The notes beneath the pieces were generated by a model. It had not been told where the DNA came from, did not search any database, and saw only the letters and a program-made list of their open reading frames with translations. A program made the translations under genes and the position numbers. A stretch of DNA of 64,000 nt, taken from Chlamydiota bacterium (lineage in GTDB: Bacteria; Chlamydiota; Chlamydiia; Chlamydiales; SM23-39). The stretch is taken from assembly GCA_038534095.1 (NCBI GenBank), contig JBCAXK010000001.1:10172-74171 (forward strand), read 5' to 3'. Shown one piece after another: positions 18,327 to 28,480 of this stretch. Within the stretch, counting starts at the first letter, position 1. Each line of letters opens with the position of its first letter.

Positions 18327-19660
18327 TTCATTTTTCCCATGGTTTTTTGTAAATCGCGCAAACTGCCCATCTGCTTATTTTTAGGCATATTTTTGCACAT
18401 TTGTTTAATCCTTCCAAACCCTTTTACAGTTTGGTTGATGACCGAGACCGGCACTCCCGAGCCTTTTGCAATCCGCTCCTTTCTTTGGCGACATAGAGTC
18501 ACCTCCTCATTTCTTTCTTTGAGGGTCATAGAAAGGATCATCGCCTCGATTTGTCCTAATCGCTCATCTGATGTATCGATATCGGGCATATTTCCTGCGC
18601 CTGGCAACATACGAAGTAGACTTTTTAAAGAGCCCATCTTTTTGATGGCGCGCATTTGCGTTAAATAGTCGGCGTAGGTAAAGCGGGCTTTGCGGATTTT
18701 CTCCTCCATCGCCTTGCTTTCTTGCTCATCAAACAGATCTTCTGCATGCCTGACAAGATTCACGATATCTCCCATCCCCAAAATCCGGTCAGCCATCGAT
18801 TTTGGATGAAAGGGTTGTAGGTCCTGGATTTTCTCTCCAACGCCTTCAAATTTCAACGGTTTTTTCGTCTCCTCACGAATCGAAATAGCCGCGCCTGCTC
18901 GAGCATCTCCATCTAACATCGTTAAAATCGATCCGGTGATTTGCACCGTCTCGTTGAATGCTTTAGCCGTTTTGACAGCGTCCTGTCCTGTAGCTGCGCT
19001 AGCAACAAAGAGCACTTCCTGAGGGCGCGTGACCTTTTTGATCGCAAGCAACTCCTCCATTAAAGGCGCATCCACATGCAAGCGACCTGCCGTGTCAATA
19101 ATGACAACATCAAACTTTTCTCGAAAAGCAAAATCGAGCGCATTTTTTGCAACCTTGACAGGATCTTTGGCTTCTTTTTCTACAAACACAGAAAGATTGT
19201 GTTCCTCAGCCAGCCTTTCTAATTGCAAAATTGCGGCGGGTCTTTGCAAATCACAAGCGGCGATTAAAACCCGTTTTTTCTGTTTCTTCTGCAAAAAGTA
19301 GGCTAGTTTTGCTGCGTGGGTTGTTTTCCCCGCTCCCTGCAAACCACAAAGCATGATCGGAGAAGGCCTTTCCGAAAGCTGTAAAGAAGCCTCTTTCGAA
19401 CCCATCAAGGTTTGCAAGGCGTCGTGCACAATCTTTACAAATTGCTCTTTTGGTTTGACCGATTTAAGAAGAGCTTTCCCAAGAGCCTCTTCTTTGACCT
19501 GTTTGATGAATTTGCTCACAACAGAGTAGTTGACATCTGCGTCTAAAAGAGCCAAGCGAACAGAACGGATCGCTTCGGTGAGATTTTTCTCATTAAGGGT
19601 TTTCCCTTTACCCATGAAGGCAAAAGCTTCTTGAAATTTTTTAGTTAACGTCCGAAACAT
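18317..19660 (-). CDS. ffh: signal recognition particle protein Ffh
   Basis: GLQGAGKTT, DTAGRL, and a Met-rich M domain (MRAIKKMGSLKSLLRMLPG). Confidence 0.95.
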   Translation of the reverse strand: MFRTLTKKFQEAFAFMGKGKTLNEKNLTEAIRSVRLALLDADVNYSVVSKFIKQVKEEALGKALLKSVKPKEQFVKIVHDALQTLMGSKEASLQLSERPSPIMLCGLQGAGKTTHAAKLAYFLQKKQKKRVLIAACDLQRPAAILQLERLAEEHNLSVFVEKEAKDPVKVAKNALDFAFREKFDVVIIDTAGRLHVDAPLMEELLAIKKVTRPQEVLFVASAATGQDAVKTAKAFNETVQITGSILTMLDGDARAGAAISIREETKKPLKFEGVGEKIQDLQPFHPKSMADRILGMGDIVNLVRHAEDLFDEQESKAMEEKIRKARFTYADYLTQMRAIKKMGSLKSLLRMLPGAGNMPDIDTSDERLGQIEAMILSMTLKERNEEVTLCRQRKERIAKGSGVPVSVINQTVKGFGRIKQMCKNMPKNKQMGSLRDLQKTMGKMKWH

Positions 19661-19715
19661 TTACGAATTTTTAGTAAAAAACAATGATCAATTTTCAATA
19701 ATATTATACAAAAAA

Positions 19716-20567
19716 TCATTCTATTTCAAGGAAAAAGAACCGGGGAAGCCTAGCCCAATCCAAAAAAACGCGCGGATTTTTCCAAAAAGAGCCAGAAAAA
19801 ATTTTGCAGAGAGCCTCCCCTTGCTGGCTACCAATTTCAAAAAATATTTTTGAGGTTTTTTTCAAAAAAGGCTTGCTCTCTTTTTCAAATCTTTCATAAA
19901 ACTCAAGGCCCGTTTGCCCTCCAAGAAGAGCCATTTTAGGCTCAAAAAGCAAGGTGGGGTGCGCTCCCTCATACTCCTCTTCAGAAAGGTAAGGGGGGTT
20001 GGAGACAAGAATATCGACCTTCTCCCCTTTTGGAAAAGCGGAGAAAAGATCGCCTTGCAAGCACCTAACGGCAAGCGCATGTTTGTTTGCGTTGCTTTGC
20101 GCCAAGGCAAGAGCTTCTTGTGACAAGTCGCTTATAGTGACACAAAGGCTTGGAAGCGCTTTCTTAAGAGCAAGACCAATTGCTCCCGTTCCCGTTCCAA
20201 TGTCCCAAAGCGCTGTCTTGCTTGAAAGAGTTCCTCGGATTTCTTGTACAATCTTATCGACAAATATTTCGGTTTCAGGACGAGGAACAAGAGCTTTAGA
20301 AGTCACGGTAAGATCGAGCCCATAAAACTTTTGCCGAGCAACCACGTACTCTAAAGGCTCATGCTCTGCAAGGCGCTTCACCCCTGCCCGAATCTCTACA
20401 AGCTCCCCTTCTTCCAAAGGCTTCTCGAGTTGCATGTAAAGATCGCAGCGACTACAACCAAAATATAGCGCCAAAAAATCCTCTATACATCTTTTAGGAT
20501 GCAAGACTTTTCGGCTTTCTAAAAAAGCTTTTCCCTTTTCTACAATATCTCTTAACGTTTGCATCAT
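19716..20567 (-). CDS. prmC: release-factor glutamine N5-methyltransferase
   Basis: [13 protein letters not shown] motif and NPPY. A 4-nt overlap links it to prfA. Confidence 0.9.
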   Translation of the reverse strand: MMQTLRDIVEKGKAFLESRKVLHPKRCIEDFLALYFGCSRCDLYMQLEKPLEEGELVEIRAGVKRLAEHEPLEYVVARQKFYGLDLTVTSKALVPRPETEIFVDKIVQEIRGTLSSKTALWDIGTGTGAIGLALKKALPSLCVTISDLSQEALALAQSNANKHALAVRCLQGDLFSAFPKGEKVDILVSNPPYLSEEEYEGAHPTLLFEPKMALLGGQTGLEFYERFEKESKPFLKKTSKIFFEIGSQQGEALCKIFSGSFWKNPRVFLDWARLPRFFFLEIE

Positions 20568-21631
20568 TCGCGGTTCAGCGCTTCTTGATAAAAATAGGAG
20601 ACAAGAGCGCTTGTCATGCCCTCCAATTTCCCTTCCATGAACTGATCTAAATCATAGGAAGTGTAATGAATCCGGTGATCAGTGATCCGGTTTTGTGGAA
20701 AATTGTAGGTGCGTATTCTTTCGGAGCGATCTCCGGAACCAACCTGCGCCGAGCGAAGATCTGACTCCTCTTTTTGCCGCTCTTTTTCCTGCTTTTCTTG
20801 TATTTTTGCGGACAAGATCCGCATCGCTTTGTCTTTGTTTTTGTGTTGAGAACGCTCATCTTGACAAACGACGACAATCCTTGTTGGAAGGTGGGTAATG
20901 CGAACAGCAGAATCGGTCACATTGACGTGCTGACCACCTGCCCCTGAAGCCCGAAAGGTTTCTATCCGAAGATCGACTTCATTGATCGAGACCTTTTCTT
21001 GTTCGGTTGGCTCCATAAGCACAGCAACCGTTACAGCAGAAGTGTGCACTCTACCCTGAGTTTCTGTCGCCGGAACTCTTTGTACCCGGTGCGTTCCCGC
21101 TTCATATTGCATTTGCCGGTGTACCCCCTTCCCAGAAAGAACAAAGATGTACTCCTTGAACCCTCCCGATCCAGAAGAGGTGGAAGATAACGACTCAAAG
21201 GTCCATTTTTTTTCTGCAGAAAAATTTTTGTACATCCTAGCGCAGTCTGCGACGAAAAGGGCCGCTTCCTCACCACCAGTTCCGGCCCGAATTTCTATGA
21301 TGGTATTTCGGTCATCATTTGGACTGGGAGGAACGAGAAGAGTTTCTAGGTTAGACTTGGCTTTAGAGAGGTTTTCTTCGATCTCACTAGTATCTTCTTT
21401 CAAAAGAGCCTTCATCTCTTCGTCAGACTCTTCTGTCAAAAGCTGGAGATTTTCTGTTTGCCGTTTTAGAAGAAGGTCATACTCTTCGAAGGCCGTTTTG
21501 ATGGAAGATAGATAAGCGTGCTCTTGGGTAAGAGCTCGGTAAGAAGTTTGATCAGAAAGCGTCTCCGGCTGACCTAAAAGCTGTTCCACTTCTTCGAGTC
21601 GCTGTAAAAGCCGGATCACTTTTTCTTTCAT
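20564..21631 (-). CDS. prfA: peptide chain release factor 1
   Basis: GGQHVN (GGQ), PATE-type recognition region ([14 protein letters not shown]), and [11 protein letters not shown]. Confidence 0.95.
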   Translation of the reverse strand: MKEKVIRLLQRLEEVEQLLGQPETLSDQTSYRALTQEHAYLSSIKTAFEEYDLLLKRQTENLQLLTEESDEEMKALLKEDTSEIEENLSKAKSNLETLLVPPSPNDDRNTIIEIRAGTGGEEAALFVADCARMYKNFSAEKKWTFESLSSTSSGSGGFKEYIFVLSGKGVHRQMQYEAGTHRVQRVPATETQGRVHTSAVTVAVLMEPTEQEKVSINEVDLRIETFRASGAGGQHVNVTDSAVRITHLPTRIVVVCQDERSQHKNKDKAMRILSAKIQEKQEKERQKEESDLRSAQVGSGDRSERIRTYNFPQNRITDHRIHYTSYDLDQFMEGKLEGMTSALVSYFYQEALNRE

Positions 21632-21948
21632 TTTTTCTTCTTTTTTTGCTTCGCTTGTTCTTTAAAAGCCTGCTCACTTTGCTCTTTATTCCGCTTTTCT
21701 TCTTCTCTTTTCTTAGCGTACCGTTTTGCAAAGCGGCTAACTCTTCCTTCAGAATCGATGAATTTTTCACTACCTGTGTAAAATGGATGAGAAGCAGAGG
21801 ATACAGGGACTCTCACAGCAGGGTAGGTTTTCCCTTCGTATTCTTCTGTTTCTTTTGGTTGCATGGTGCTACCGATCACAAATTTCTTTCCTGTAGAAGA
21901 ATCGATAAAAAGAACATCTTGATACGGAGGGTGTATAGATTTTTTCAT
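21628..21948 (-). CDS. rpmE: 50S ribosomal protein L31 (type B-like, no CxxC) with Lys-rich tail
   Basis: [23 protein letters not shown]...[10 protein letters not shown], followed by the tail [12 protein letters not shown]...KQKKKKK. Confidence 0.85.
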   Translation of the reverse strand: MKKSIHPPYQDVLFIDSSTGKKFVIGSTMQPKETEEYEGKTYPAVRVPVSSASHPFYTGSEKFIDSEGRVSRFAKRYAKKREEEKRNKEQSEQAFKEQAKQKKKKK

Positions 21949-22035
21949 TGAACAATCCTTAGGTTGTCGTAAATTTCACATTTTTTATTAGATTAATTCT
22001 ATTTTTTTTACCTTAAAAAAACAAGATTTTTCCTA

Positions 22036-23403
22036 ATGCAATTTTTTACTAATAAGGAGAGCATTTGGGGGATTTTTTGCTCCTTACTTAGCCTGTTTTA
22101 CAGGCTTTTTACCTCCGCTCCATTGAAGCGGATAACGACTATGTTTTTAGAAGTAAAAAACCTGACACCCCTTTCAAATAATCCTTATCGCGCGCCCTTT
22201 AGAGAGAAGGGCTTGCAAACCACAGAACCTCGTCATAAAACGGGATCATCGGAACAAAAGAATAGAAGTATTTTTTGGATAAAAAGACAAAAAAACCAGC
22301 TCCCCCATAGAGAAAAGGTAAACTTCATCCTCTTACGACCTTCAATAACCCTGCTTTTCCCAAGCAAGAAAAACCCTCTCCACTTACAGAAAAACAAGCT
22401 CAAAAAAAGAGGCACTGCATTTGAGAGCACTCACTTGCAAGAGGAAAACAGTTCCTGCAACGATCTACCAACACCTATGAAATCCACTAGAAATCAAATA
22501 GAGCTTTTGGGTAAGATATCTTTTATGTATGGACACACGTTACAAGCAGGACCAGAGAAGACCCCTAAATCTGTAAAATATCTTTTATGTATCATTCTAG
22601 GAGCTAGCCTGCTATGGGCTGTTTCTACAAAATTCCTCCCCTACTTTGCCTACAATTATTTACTCCACGCGATCACTCTTAGCCCAGATGCCCTTTTTCG
22701 AGGTTACATTTGGCAGCTTTTCACCTATCCTTTTGTACAACCTGTTGCAGGAATCTTATCATTCAACTATTTACTTGATCTTGCGTTTAAGCTCTACCTC
22801 ACTTGGGTCGTCGGCTCTTCTCTTGTAGAGTCTCGAGGAGAAAAATCATTTTTAACCCTGTTTTTTTCGGGCGTTGCTATTTCTGGAGCCTTGACTGCGC
22901 TATTTATGGGCCTAACAGGACACAGCCAACCTTTCATGGGAGCGCATAGTCCGCTCTATATTCTTTTATTTGCGTGGATGATTCTCAATCCTTACGCCAA
23001 AGTGTACCTGTTTTTCACGGTACCTCTCAACGTAACCCTAGTCATCCTTGGTCTATGGTCCTGTAATCTTTTTCTATCACTCATGAACGGAAGTTTTTCG
23101 ATTGTATTTAGCTATTTCATTTGCGGCGCCTATGGTTACCTCTATTCGGTCGGTATGTATCAAGCATTTAGTCCGTTTTTACCCCTACGCTCTTTTGAAT
23201 CAAAGCTCCAAGATAGCCTGCACAGGAAACCGAAAAAAAAAACAGAAAGTAGGGTTTACGATTTTAAAACAGGCAAGCCCCTTTCAAAGGATGCCCTCTT
23301 TATGGATGCGATGCTCGCGAAAATTGCAAAGTTTGGGAAAAACAGCCTTACAAAAGAGGAACTTTCTCGGATGCACTCCATCTCAAAAAAATCTCCTTCC
23401 TGA
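22036..23403 (+). CDS. rhomboid-fold polytopic membrane protein, catalytic residues not evident; basic N-terminal extension
   Basis: The TM core aligns loosely to rhomboid. IWQLFTYPFVQ stands in place of WRxxTxxFxH, GAHSPLY in place of GxSGxxxG, and the last TM GAYGYLY has no His. The start is uncertain; 22141 MFLEV... is an alternative. Confidence 0.4.
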   Translation: MQFFTNKESIWGIFCSLLSLFYRLFTSAPLKRITTMFLEVKNLTPLSNNPYRAPFREKGLQTTEPRHKTGSSEQKNRSIFWIKRQKNQLPHREKVNFILLRPSITLLFPSKKNPLHLQKNKLKKRGTAFESTHLQEENSSCNDLPTPMKSTRNQIELLGKISFMYGHTLQAGPEKTPKSVKYLLCIILGASLLWAVSTKFLPYFAYNYLLHAITLSPDALFRGYIWQLFTYPFVQPVAGILSFNYLLDLAFKLYLTWVVGSSLVESRGEKSFLTLFFSGVAISGALTALFMGLTGHSQPFMGAHSPLYILLFAWMILNPYAKVYLFFTVPLNVTLVILGLWSCNLFLSLMNGSFSIVFSYFICGAYGYLYSVGMYQAFSPFLPLRSFESKLQDSLHRKPKKKTESRVYDFKTGKPLSKDALFMDAMLAKIAKFGKNSLTKEELSRMHSISKKSPS

Positions 23404-23585
23404 TCTCTTGAAAGACTCTACTTCTTTTCGAACACCTAACAGGACCGTATGTTCAAGACAACGTAATTGTTGAATAGTTGTACAAGACTGATTGCTTAAC
23501 CCTTCTAATCTTCTTCGAAATATGAGCAAATAGCATAGATATTTTAGAAATGGAATTCTAACAGCTTTTCTTAAACTCGTACCTA

Positions 23586-25271
23586 TTGTTAATATTCCTT
23601 GGTTTATTAAAAATACGTTCCTCCAAACACATTAGGTACGCAATGTCAACGATCCATTTTTCCTCAGACTCTTCTAAAGAATACTACTTTTGCTCTATAG
23701 AGGCCGCAGAGAAATTTGCGCAAACAAGCCGACCAATCGATGTAATTTCATTATTCAACATCGGAACTAAACCGGCAAAATTCCAGTACATGATCGCTGT
23801 TTGCAAGTCGATAGGACAAAAGGTTTTTACTCAGAAAAACGCGCCTATTGTACAAGAAACTCTTAAACGTTGCTTCTCGCTGAGCGCTTCCCCTTCAGAT
23901 GAAAAACGTACCGTTTTTTGGGTCGATCTAATTGCCGGTTTCTTAAACAAGGAAGATACACATGAACTAGGCTTTTCTTTGCTAGAAGAAAAATACAGTG
24001 AAGAGATCGAGAACAATGTGAACCAAGCTCCAAAATTGCCAGAATCTGTTGCAAAGAAGCTTGCAAATAGTAGTAATCAGGACGTAAAAAAATATTTTTC
24101 TGGAGCTTTTCGTTATTGTAAGAAAGTAAACTGTATACAGCTTTTTTGTTTCGACGTTTTTAATTGTTTATGTAGAGAAAGTCGAGATTCTTTATTTATT
24201 GATTTATTCAACACCATTCCAAAAAATGGCGCGCACCATATCCTTGGCAAAAATGTTGTAACGCTAGCCGTGCACTATGGTTTATTCCGATTTTTAAGTG
24301 ACTTTTGTTTTTTTTTGGAACAACAATACGAGGGGGCAATAGCTCAAGAAAAACCCAGTTTCCTCTCTTATCATGAGCTGCTAGATACAATTTTCCGTTT
24401 TCAAAGCAAAGAATTCACAGAAAAGTTCTTCAAATCGTTCAACTTGGATAACAATATTAAAACAGCATGTTTTGTAAAATGTATCCGTAAAATGTTTCAA
24501 AATCCTGCGTTTCAGGATACAATGTGTATCCTTGCAGATCGTTACCCAGGTAAGATGATCGGATGGTTTGAGGAAAAATTTCAACACATATCAAATACAT
24601 TTTCTGAAGCCTTATTATTTGGAATGCTATCGGATGAATCTAATTTTCTAACTCCTCTGCAAGCTTCCGTTACTTCTCTTGATGATGTGAAAAATCAATA
24701 TTGGAGACTGCGAAAAATTGCGCTGTGTCCTGAAAAAGAAATAGACGATTTATATTTAAATCCAGACATAGTCATCGAAAAGTATTTACATAAAAGTGAA
24801 AGGGAAAGCATCGAGAAACTATCAAACCAAGATCGCTCGGAATTATTTTGTATTTTAAATCAATTAGCTGTTGCTAATCTCCCTCTAATTTCAAAGTATT
24901 TCTCTTGTTTATGTGATGAAATGGAATTTACCATGCAAGTTGATAAAAGTATCAATCTTTCTACAATCAAAGACCCCATCATTGTTGATTTTTTGAAGGA
25001 ATTGGACGCAGTAAAAATGTTTAACAACACCAATAATCCTAGTACTCTGCATTTTGTGTTATGGTTCCGTGCCCAACAGGTAGATAAAAACAAAAGCTTT
25101 GAACTTCTGCTCTCGGCTTCAGATCATGGCTCACAAGATACCCCTACAAGCGTAGAGGAGTTAAGCACGCCGAGCCATTTAGGAAAAAGAGCTTATCCTT
25201 TTGAGGAAAAGAAAAAAGACCCAAAAAAACCCGCTCCTTTAAGTAATGAGCAAAACGGGATAGAAAGATAG
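23586..25271 (+). CDS. hypothetical protein (about 542-561 aa), helical, orphan
   Basis: Long uninterrupted ORF. The track start is a TTG, and the ATG at 23643 (MSTIHFSSDSS...) is more likely. The C-terminal tail is basic (GKRAYPFEEKKKDPKKP). No catalytic motif recognised. Confidence 0.6.
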   Translation: MLIFLGLLKIRSSKHIRYAMSTIHFSSDSSKEYYFCSIEAAEKFAQTSRPIDVISLFNIGTKPAKFQYMIAVCKSIGQKVFTQKNAPIVQETLKRCFSLSASPSDEKRTVFWVDLIAGFLNKEDTHELGFSLLEEKYSEEIENNVNQAPKLPESVAKKLANSSNQDVKKYFSGAFRYCKKVNCIQLFCFDVFNCLCRESRDSLFIDLFNTIPKNGAHHILGKNVVTLAVHYGLFRFLSDFCFFLEQQYEGAIAQEKPSFLSYHELLDTIFRFQSKEFTEKFFKSFNLDNNIKTACFVKCIRKMFQNPAFQDTMCILADRYPGKMIGWFEEKFQHISNTFSEALLFGMLSDESNFLTPLQASVTSLDDVKNQYWRLRKIALCPEKEIDDLYLNPDIVIEKYLHKSERESIEKLSNQDRSELFCILNQLAVANLPLISKYFSCLCDEMEFTMQVDKSINLSTIKDPIIVDFLKELDAVKMFNNTNNPSTLHFVLWFRAQQVDKNKSFELLLSASDHGSQDTPTSVEELSTPSHLGKRAYPFEEKKKDPKKPAPLSNEQNGIER

Positions 25272-25555
25272 AAAAAAAGCCCCTTCAAAATAGGAATGCA
25301 GCAAAGAGAAACACAGATTGTAGCTTTCAAATGAAACATTGTTCACAAGTGTTCGTAATACTTTTGCAGCGTTTCTTGTACAAATCGGCCAATTTGAAAG
25401 ACTAGAACAAGGGATGCAAAAGGAAAACGATTGCTTTTTCTAGGATCAAGACCTATTAGCGCCTAAGTTCTTCAGAAATAAAAGGATAAAATCCTTTACA
25501 AAAATCAAATATTATCATTATAAACTTTCTGTTTACACGATAAAGGAATAACAAT

Positions 25556-26035
25556 ATGGTAACAGCAATACAGCAGAGCTTTTCGGGGAACCATTCATCA
25601 GAACCTCCCACTAATCAAACAGCTACACATCGTCAAGAAACAAATACAACTATAGATAAGATTAAAAGAGGTCTAACTACTGTAAACATAAATTCTCCAC
25701 AAACAGGACTAACGCCGTATTCACGAAATTGGGTTGCTTTGAAAATGCAACTTACAAAACAACCAAAGCATTCATCATCTATTGGGAGGCCCCTAGCTGC
25801 AAGGGTGAGCAATACCAGACAAAATCCAAAAATAACGATGAGAGCTAACGAGCAAGAGCCTGCCACAACACAAAACAATCTATCGTCTAACAACACAGCA
25901 TCAACAAACCAAATAGACGGACGTTTTAACCCTCAAGCACATAGAGATGGTAGCTTGTGGACACCTTTTATTCGCAATGGTATGAAAAGCAAGCCACAAC
26001 ACCCTCCTAAAAAATTCTTGTCAAATCTCTCCTAA
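25556..26035 (+). CDS. hypothetical low-complexity (N/T/Q/P/K-rich) protein, 159 aa
   Basis: AAGGAA lies 8 nt upstream of the ATG. The composition looks disordered and no TM segment is present. Confidence 0.45.
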   Translation: MVTAIQQSFSGNHSSEPPTNQTATHRQETNTTIDKIKRGLTTVNINSPQTGLTPYSRNWVALKMQLTKQPKHSSSIGRPLAARVSNTRQNPKITMRANEQEPATTQNNLSSNNTASTNQIDGRFNPQAHRDGSLWTPFIRNGMKSKPQHPPKKFLSNLS

Positions 26036-26202
26036 AACAAAAAATCAGAAAGAACGATCAGAGAAACGCCTAAGAATGTAGACAGAAAGAACGCAAATCT
26101 GAAGATTTTTTTGATGTAGAAAGAATTTTGGAAGATTGTTACTTGGCGCTACTTTGCAACTCAGAGTAGCGCTCTAACTTAGCAAAAGCTCATGAAAAGA
26201 GA

Positions 26203-26225
26203 AGCGGAAAAATCATTTTTCCGCT
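26203..26225 (-). terminator. terminator hairpin just downstream of pnp
   Basis: agcggaaaaa (26203-26212) pairs perfectly with tttttccgct (26216-26225) around a 3-nt loop. It lies 10 nt past the pnp stop. The trailing sequence on the minus strand is T-rich (tctcttttc). Confidence 0.6.
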
Positions 26226-26235
26226 GATTATTTTC

Positions 26236-28344
26236 TTATGCTTGCTTGAGTTTTTCTTTTTTTGGCAAAAGCACTTTATGACTGAGCTTGATCTGTCCTC
26301 GATCATTGATCTCTAGCACCTTCACTTCGATGGTATCCCCTTCTTTATAGAGGTCTTGTAGATTTTGTACTCTGGTATGGGATACCTCAGAGATATGACA
26401 AAGCCCCTCTTTCCCAGGTAAAATCTCTACAAAAAGACCAAAAGCAACAATTGAGGTAATTTTCCCCACATAGACTTTCCCAGATTCCGCTTCTGCAGTT
26501 AGGCCATGGATGATTTCTTTTGCTTTTTCCATCGACTCACCACTAGTAGAAGCGATCGAGATGAGACCTGCGTCATCAATATCAATTTCTACGCCTGTCT
26601 CTTCGATGATGGCACGAATTTGCTTGCCACCTGGACCAATTACAACGCCAATCTTACTAGGCTTAATCTGTATGTGCTCAATTCTAGGAGCATGTTTCGA
26701 CAGATCTGCTTTCGACTCAGGAAGCGCCTGCAACATCCTCTCTAAAATGTACACTCGCCCTTTTTTTGCCTGCTCTAGGGCTTTTTTCAGGGTATCTTTG
26801 TTAATTCCTTCCACCTTGATATCCATTTGGAAGGCTGTGATTCCTTCAGCATCTCCTGTGATTTTGAAATCCATATCACCAAGAGCATCTTCGGCACCTA
26901 AAATGTCCGATAAAACAGCGCTCTTGTTTCCTTCTAGAATGAGCCCCATAGCAATCCCTGCGATAGGTCTTCGAATAGGAACGCCAGCGTCCATCAAGGC
27001 AACGCAGCCGCCACAAACAGAAGCCATCGAGGAAGAACCGTTCGATTCTGTAATGTTGGATTCTAAACGGAGCACGTAAGGAAACTCTTCCTTGGTAGGA
27101 AGGGCGCTCATGAGCGCTCTTTCCGCAAGTTTACCATGACCCACTTCTCTTCTGCTAGCAGGTCCTACGCGGCCCACCTCACCGACGGAAAATGGAGGAA
27201 AAGAATATTGCAGGTAAAAGCGCTGCGTTCCCTCCCCTTTTAAATCTTCAAAGCGCTGGACCATGGTTTCTCCGCCAAGAGTACATACAGCAATCGCTTG
27301 CGTTTCTCCTCTTGTGAATAGTGCGCTTCCATGCACTCTTGGAAAAAGGCTATGCTCCACATCAATCGGACGGATTTCGTCGAGTTTTCTTCCATCAATT
27401 CTTGTCTTGCTTTCCAGGATCATTTCACGCATCAACTTCGAAGAAAGTTTCTTAAAAGCCATTTTCACATCCCGCATACTAAAGCGAGCATCTTCCGGAG
27501 CAGCAAGAGCCTCAATAACAATGTCTCTTGCTTTCGACAAGAGCTCTTCACGATTTTGTTTTGTCGCTACTTTGAGAGCGTCTTGGAGCAAGGTCTTGGC
27601 AATTTTTTCCACTTCGTAGTGGACTTCTTCAGGAATGGGACGGAGAGCTTCCAAATTTTTCTTTTTCCCAAGACGTTTTTGCCATTCTTCTAAAGCGTGG
27701 CAAATCGTTTGGATCGCTTGATGCCCCTCTTCAATAGCTTGTAACACATCTTCTTCTGGCAAAAAGTCACAGTATCCTTCGATCATTAAGATTGCGCTGC
27801 TTGTTCCTGCTAAAACGAGATCGAGACTCGAACGTTTGATCTCTTCTTCTGTAGGATTGATGATGAAAGATCCGTCGATTTTACCAACGCGGACCGCGCC
27901 AACAGGGCTGCTAATTGGAATCTCAGATAACACCAAAGCGGCAGAAGAAGCGCAGATCGCAAGAACATCTGGTTTGTGAACACCATCATAAGAATAGACA
28001 TAAGAAAGAATTTGGGTGTCGTTGTAATACCCATCTGGAAACATCGGACGAATTGGTCGATCGATCAATCTACAAACAAGGATTTCCCGCTCTGTTGGAC
28101 GCCCTTCTCTTTTGATCCAACCACTGAGCGTTTTTCCTGCGGAAGAAAATTTTTCCTGGTAATCTACGCGAAGTGGAAGAAAATCGACATCTTCCATCGG
28201 CTCTTTCGTTGCAGAGGCGGTCGATAAGACGGTCGTTTCCTCTAAATGGAGTAAAACTGAGCCGCCTGCTTGACGCGCAATTTTACCCGTTTCAAAAATA
28301 AGGGTTTTCCCTTGAATCTTGACTTCAATTGTTTCTCTTTTCAT
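26236..28344 (-). CDS. pnp: polyribonucleotide nucleotidyltransferase (PNPase)
   Basis: Two RNase PH domains (GETQAIAVCTLG, SNGSSSMASVCG), a KH domain (IGVVIGPGGKQIRAI), and a C-terminal S1 domain (GKVYVGKITSIVAFGLFVEI). Confidence 0.97.
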   Translation of the reverse strand: MKRETIEVKIQGKTLIFETGKIARQAGGSVLLHLEETTVLSTASATKEPMEDVDFLPLRVDYQEKFSSAGKTLSGWIKREGRPTEREILVCRLIDRPIRPMFPDGYYNDTQILSYVYSYDGVHKPDVLAICASSAALVLSEIPISSPVGAVRVGKIDGSFIINPTEEEIKRSSLDLVLAGTSSAILMIEGYCDFLPEEDVLQAIEEGHQAIQTICHALEEWQKRLGKKKNLEALRPIPEEVHYEVEKIAKTLLQDALKVATKQNREELLSKARDIVIEALAAPEDARFSMRDVKMAFKKLSSKLMREMILESKTRIDGRKLDEIRPIDVEHSLFPRVHGSALFTRGETQAIAVCTLGGETMVQRFEDLKGEGTQRFYLQYSFPPFSVGEVGRVGPASRREVGHGKLAERALMSALPTKEEFPYVLRLESNITESNGSSSMASVCGGCVALMDAGVPIRRPIAGIAMGLILEGNKSAVLSDILGAEDALGDMDFKITGDAEGITAFQMDIKVEGINKDTLKKALEQAKKGRVYILERMLQALPESKADLSKHAPRIEHIQIKPSKIGVVIGPGGKQIRAIIEETGVEIDIDDAGLISIASTSGESMEKAKEIIHGLTAEAESGKVYVGKITSIVAFGLFVEILPGKEGLCHISEVSHTRVQNLQDLYKEGDTIEVKVLEINDRGQIKLSHKVLLPKKEKLKQA

Positions 28345-28374
28345 AGCTTTTCCTTAAAAGTATTCGAAATAGCA

Positions 28375-28430
28375 GAAAGAATAGAAAGCAAAGACAAATA
28401 GTAAAATTTATCTTTGCTTTCTATTCTTTC
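28375..28430 (-). promoter_or_regulatory. perfect 20-bp stem-loop in the rpsO-pnp intergenic region (terminator/attenuator or processing site)
   Basis: gaaagaatagaaagcaaaga (28375-28394) pairs with tctttgctttctattctttc (28411-28430) around a 16-nt loop. It sits between the rpsO stop (28481) and the pnp start (28344). Confidence 0.7.
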
Positions 28431-28480
28431 AAAAGTTTTTAATGTAGTAATAACGTTCAGATGCGTGTTTCTATAATATG

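Noticed and set aside
26510-27079. 189-aa plus-strand ORF and other plus-strand ORFs inside 26236..28344
   Set aside because: They are antisense to pnp, whose translation carries all PNPase domains. These are shadow ORFs.
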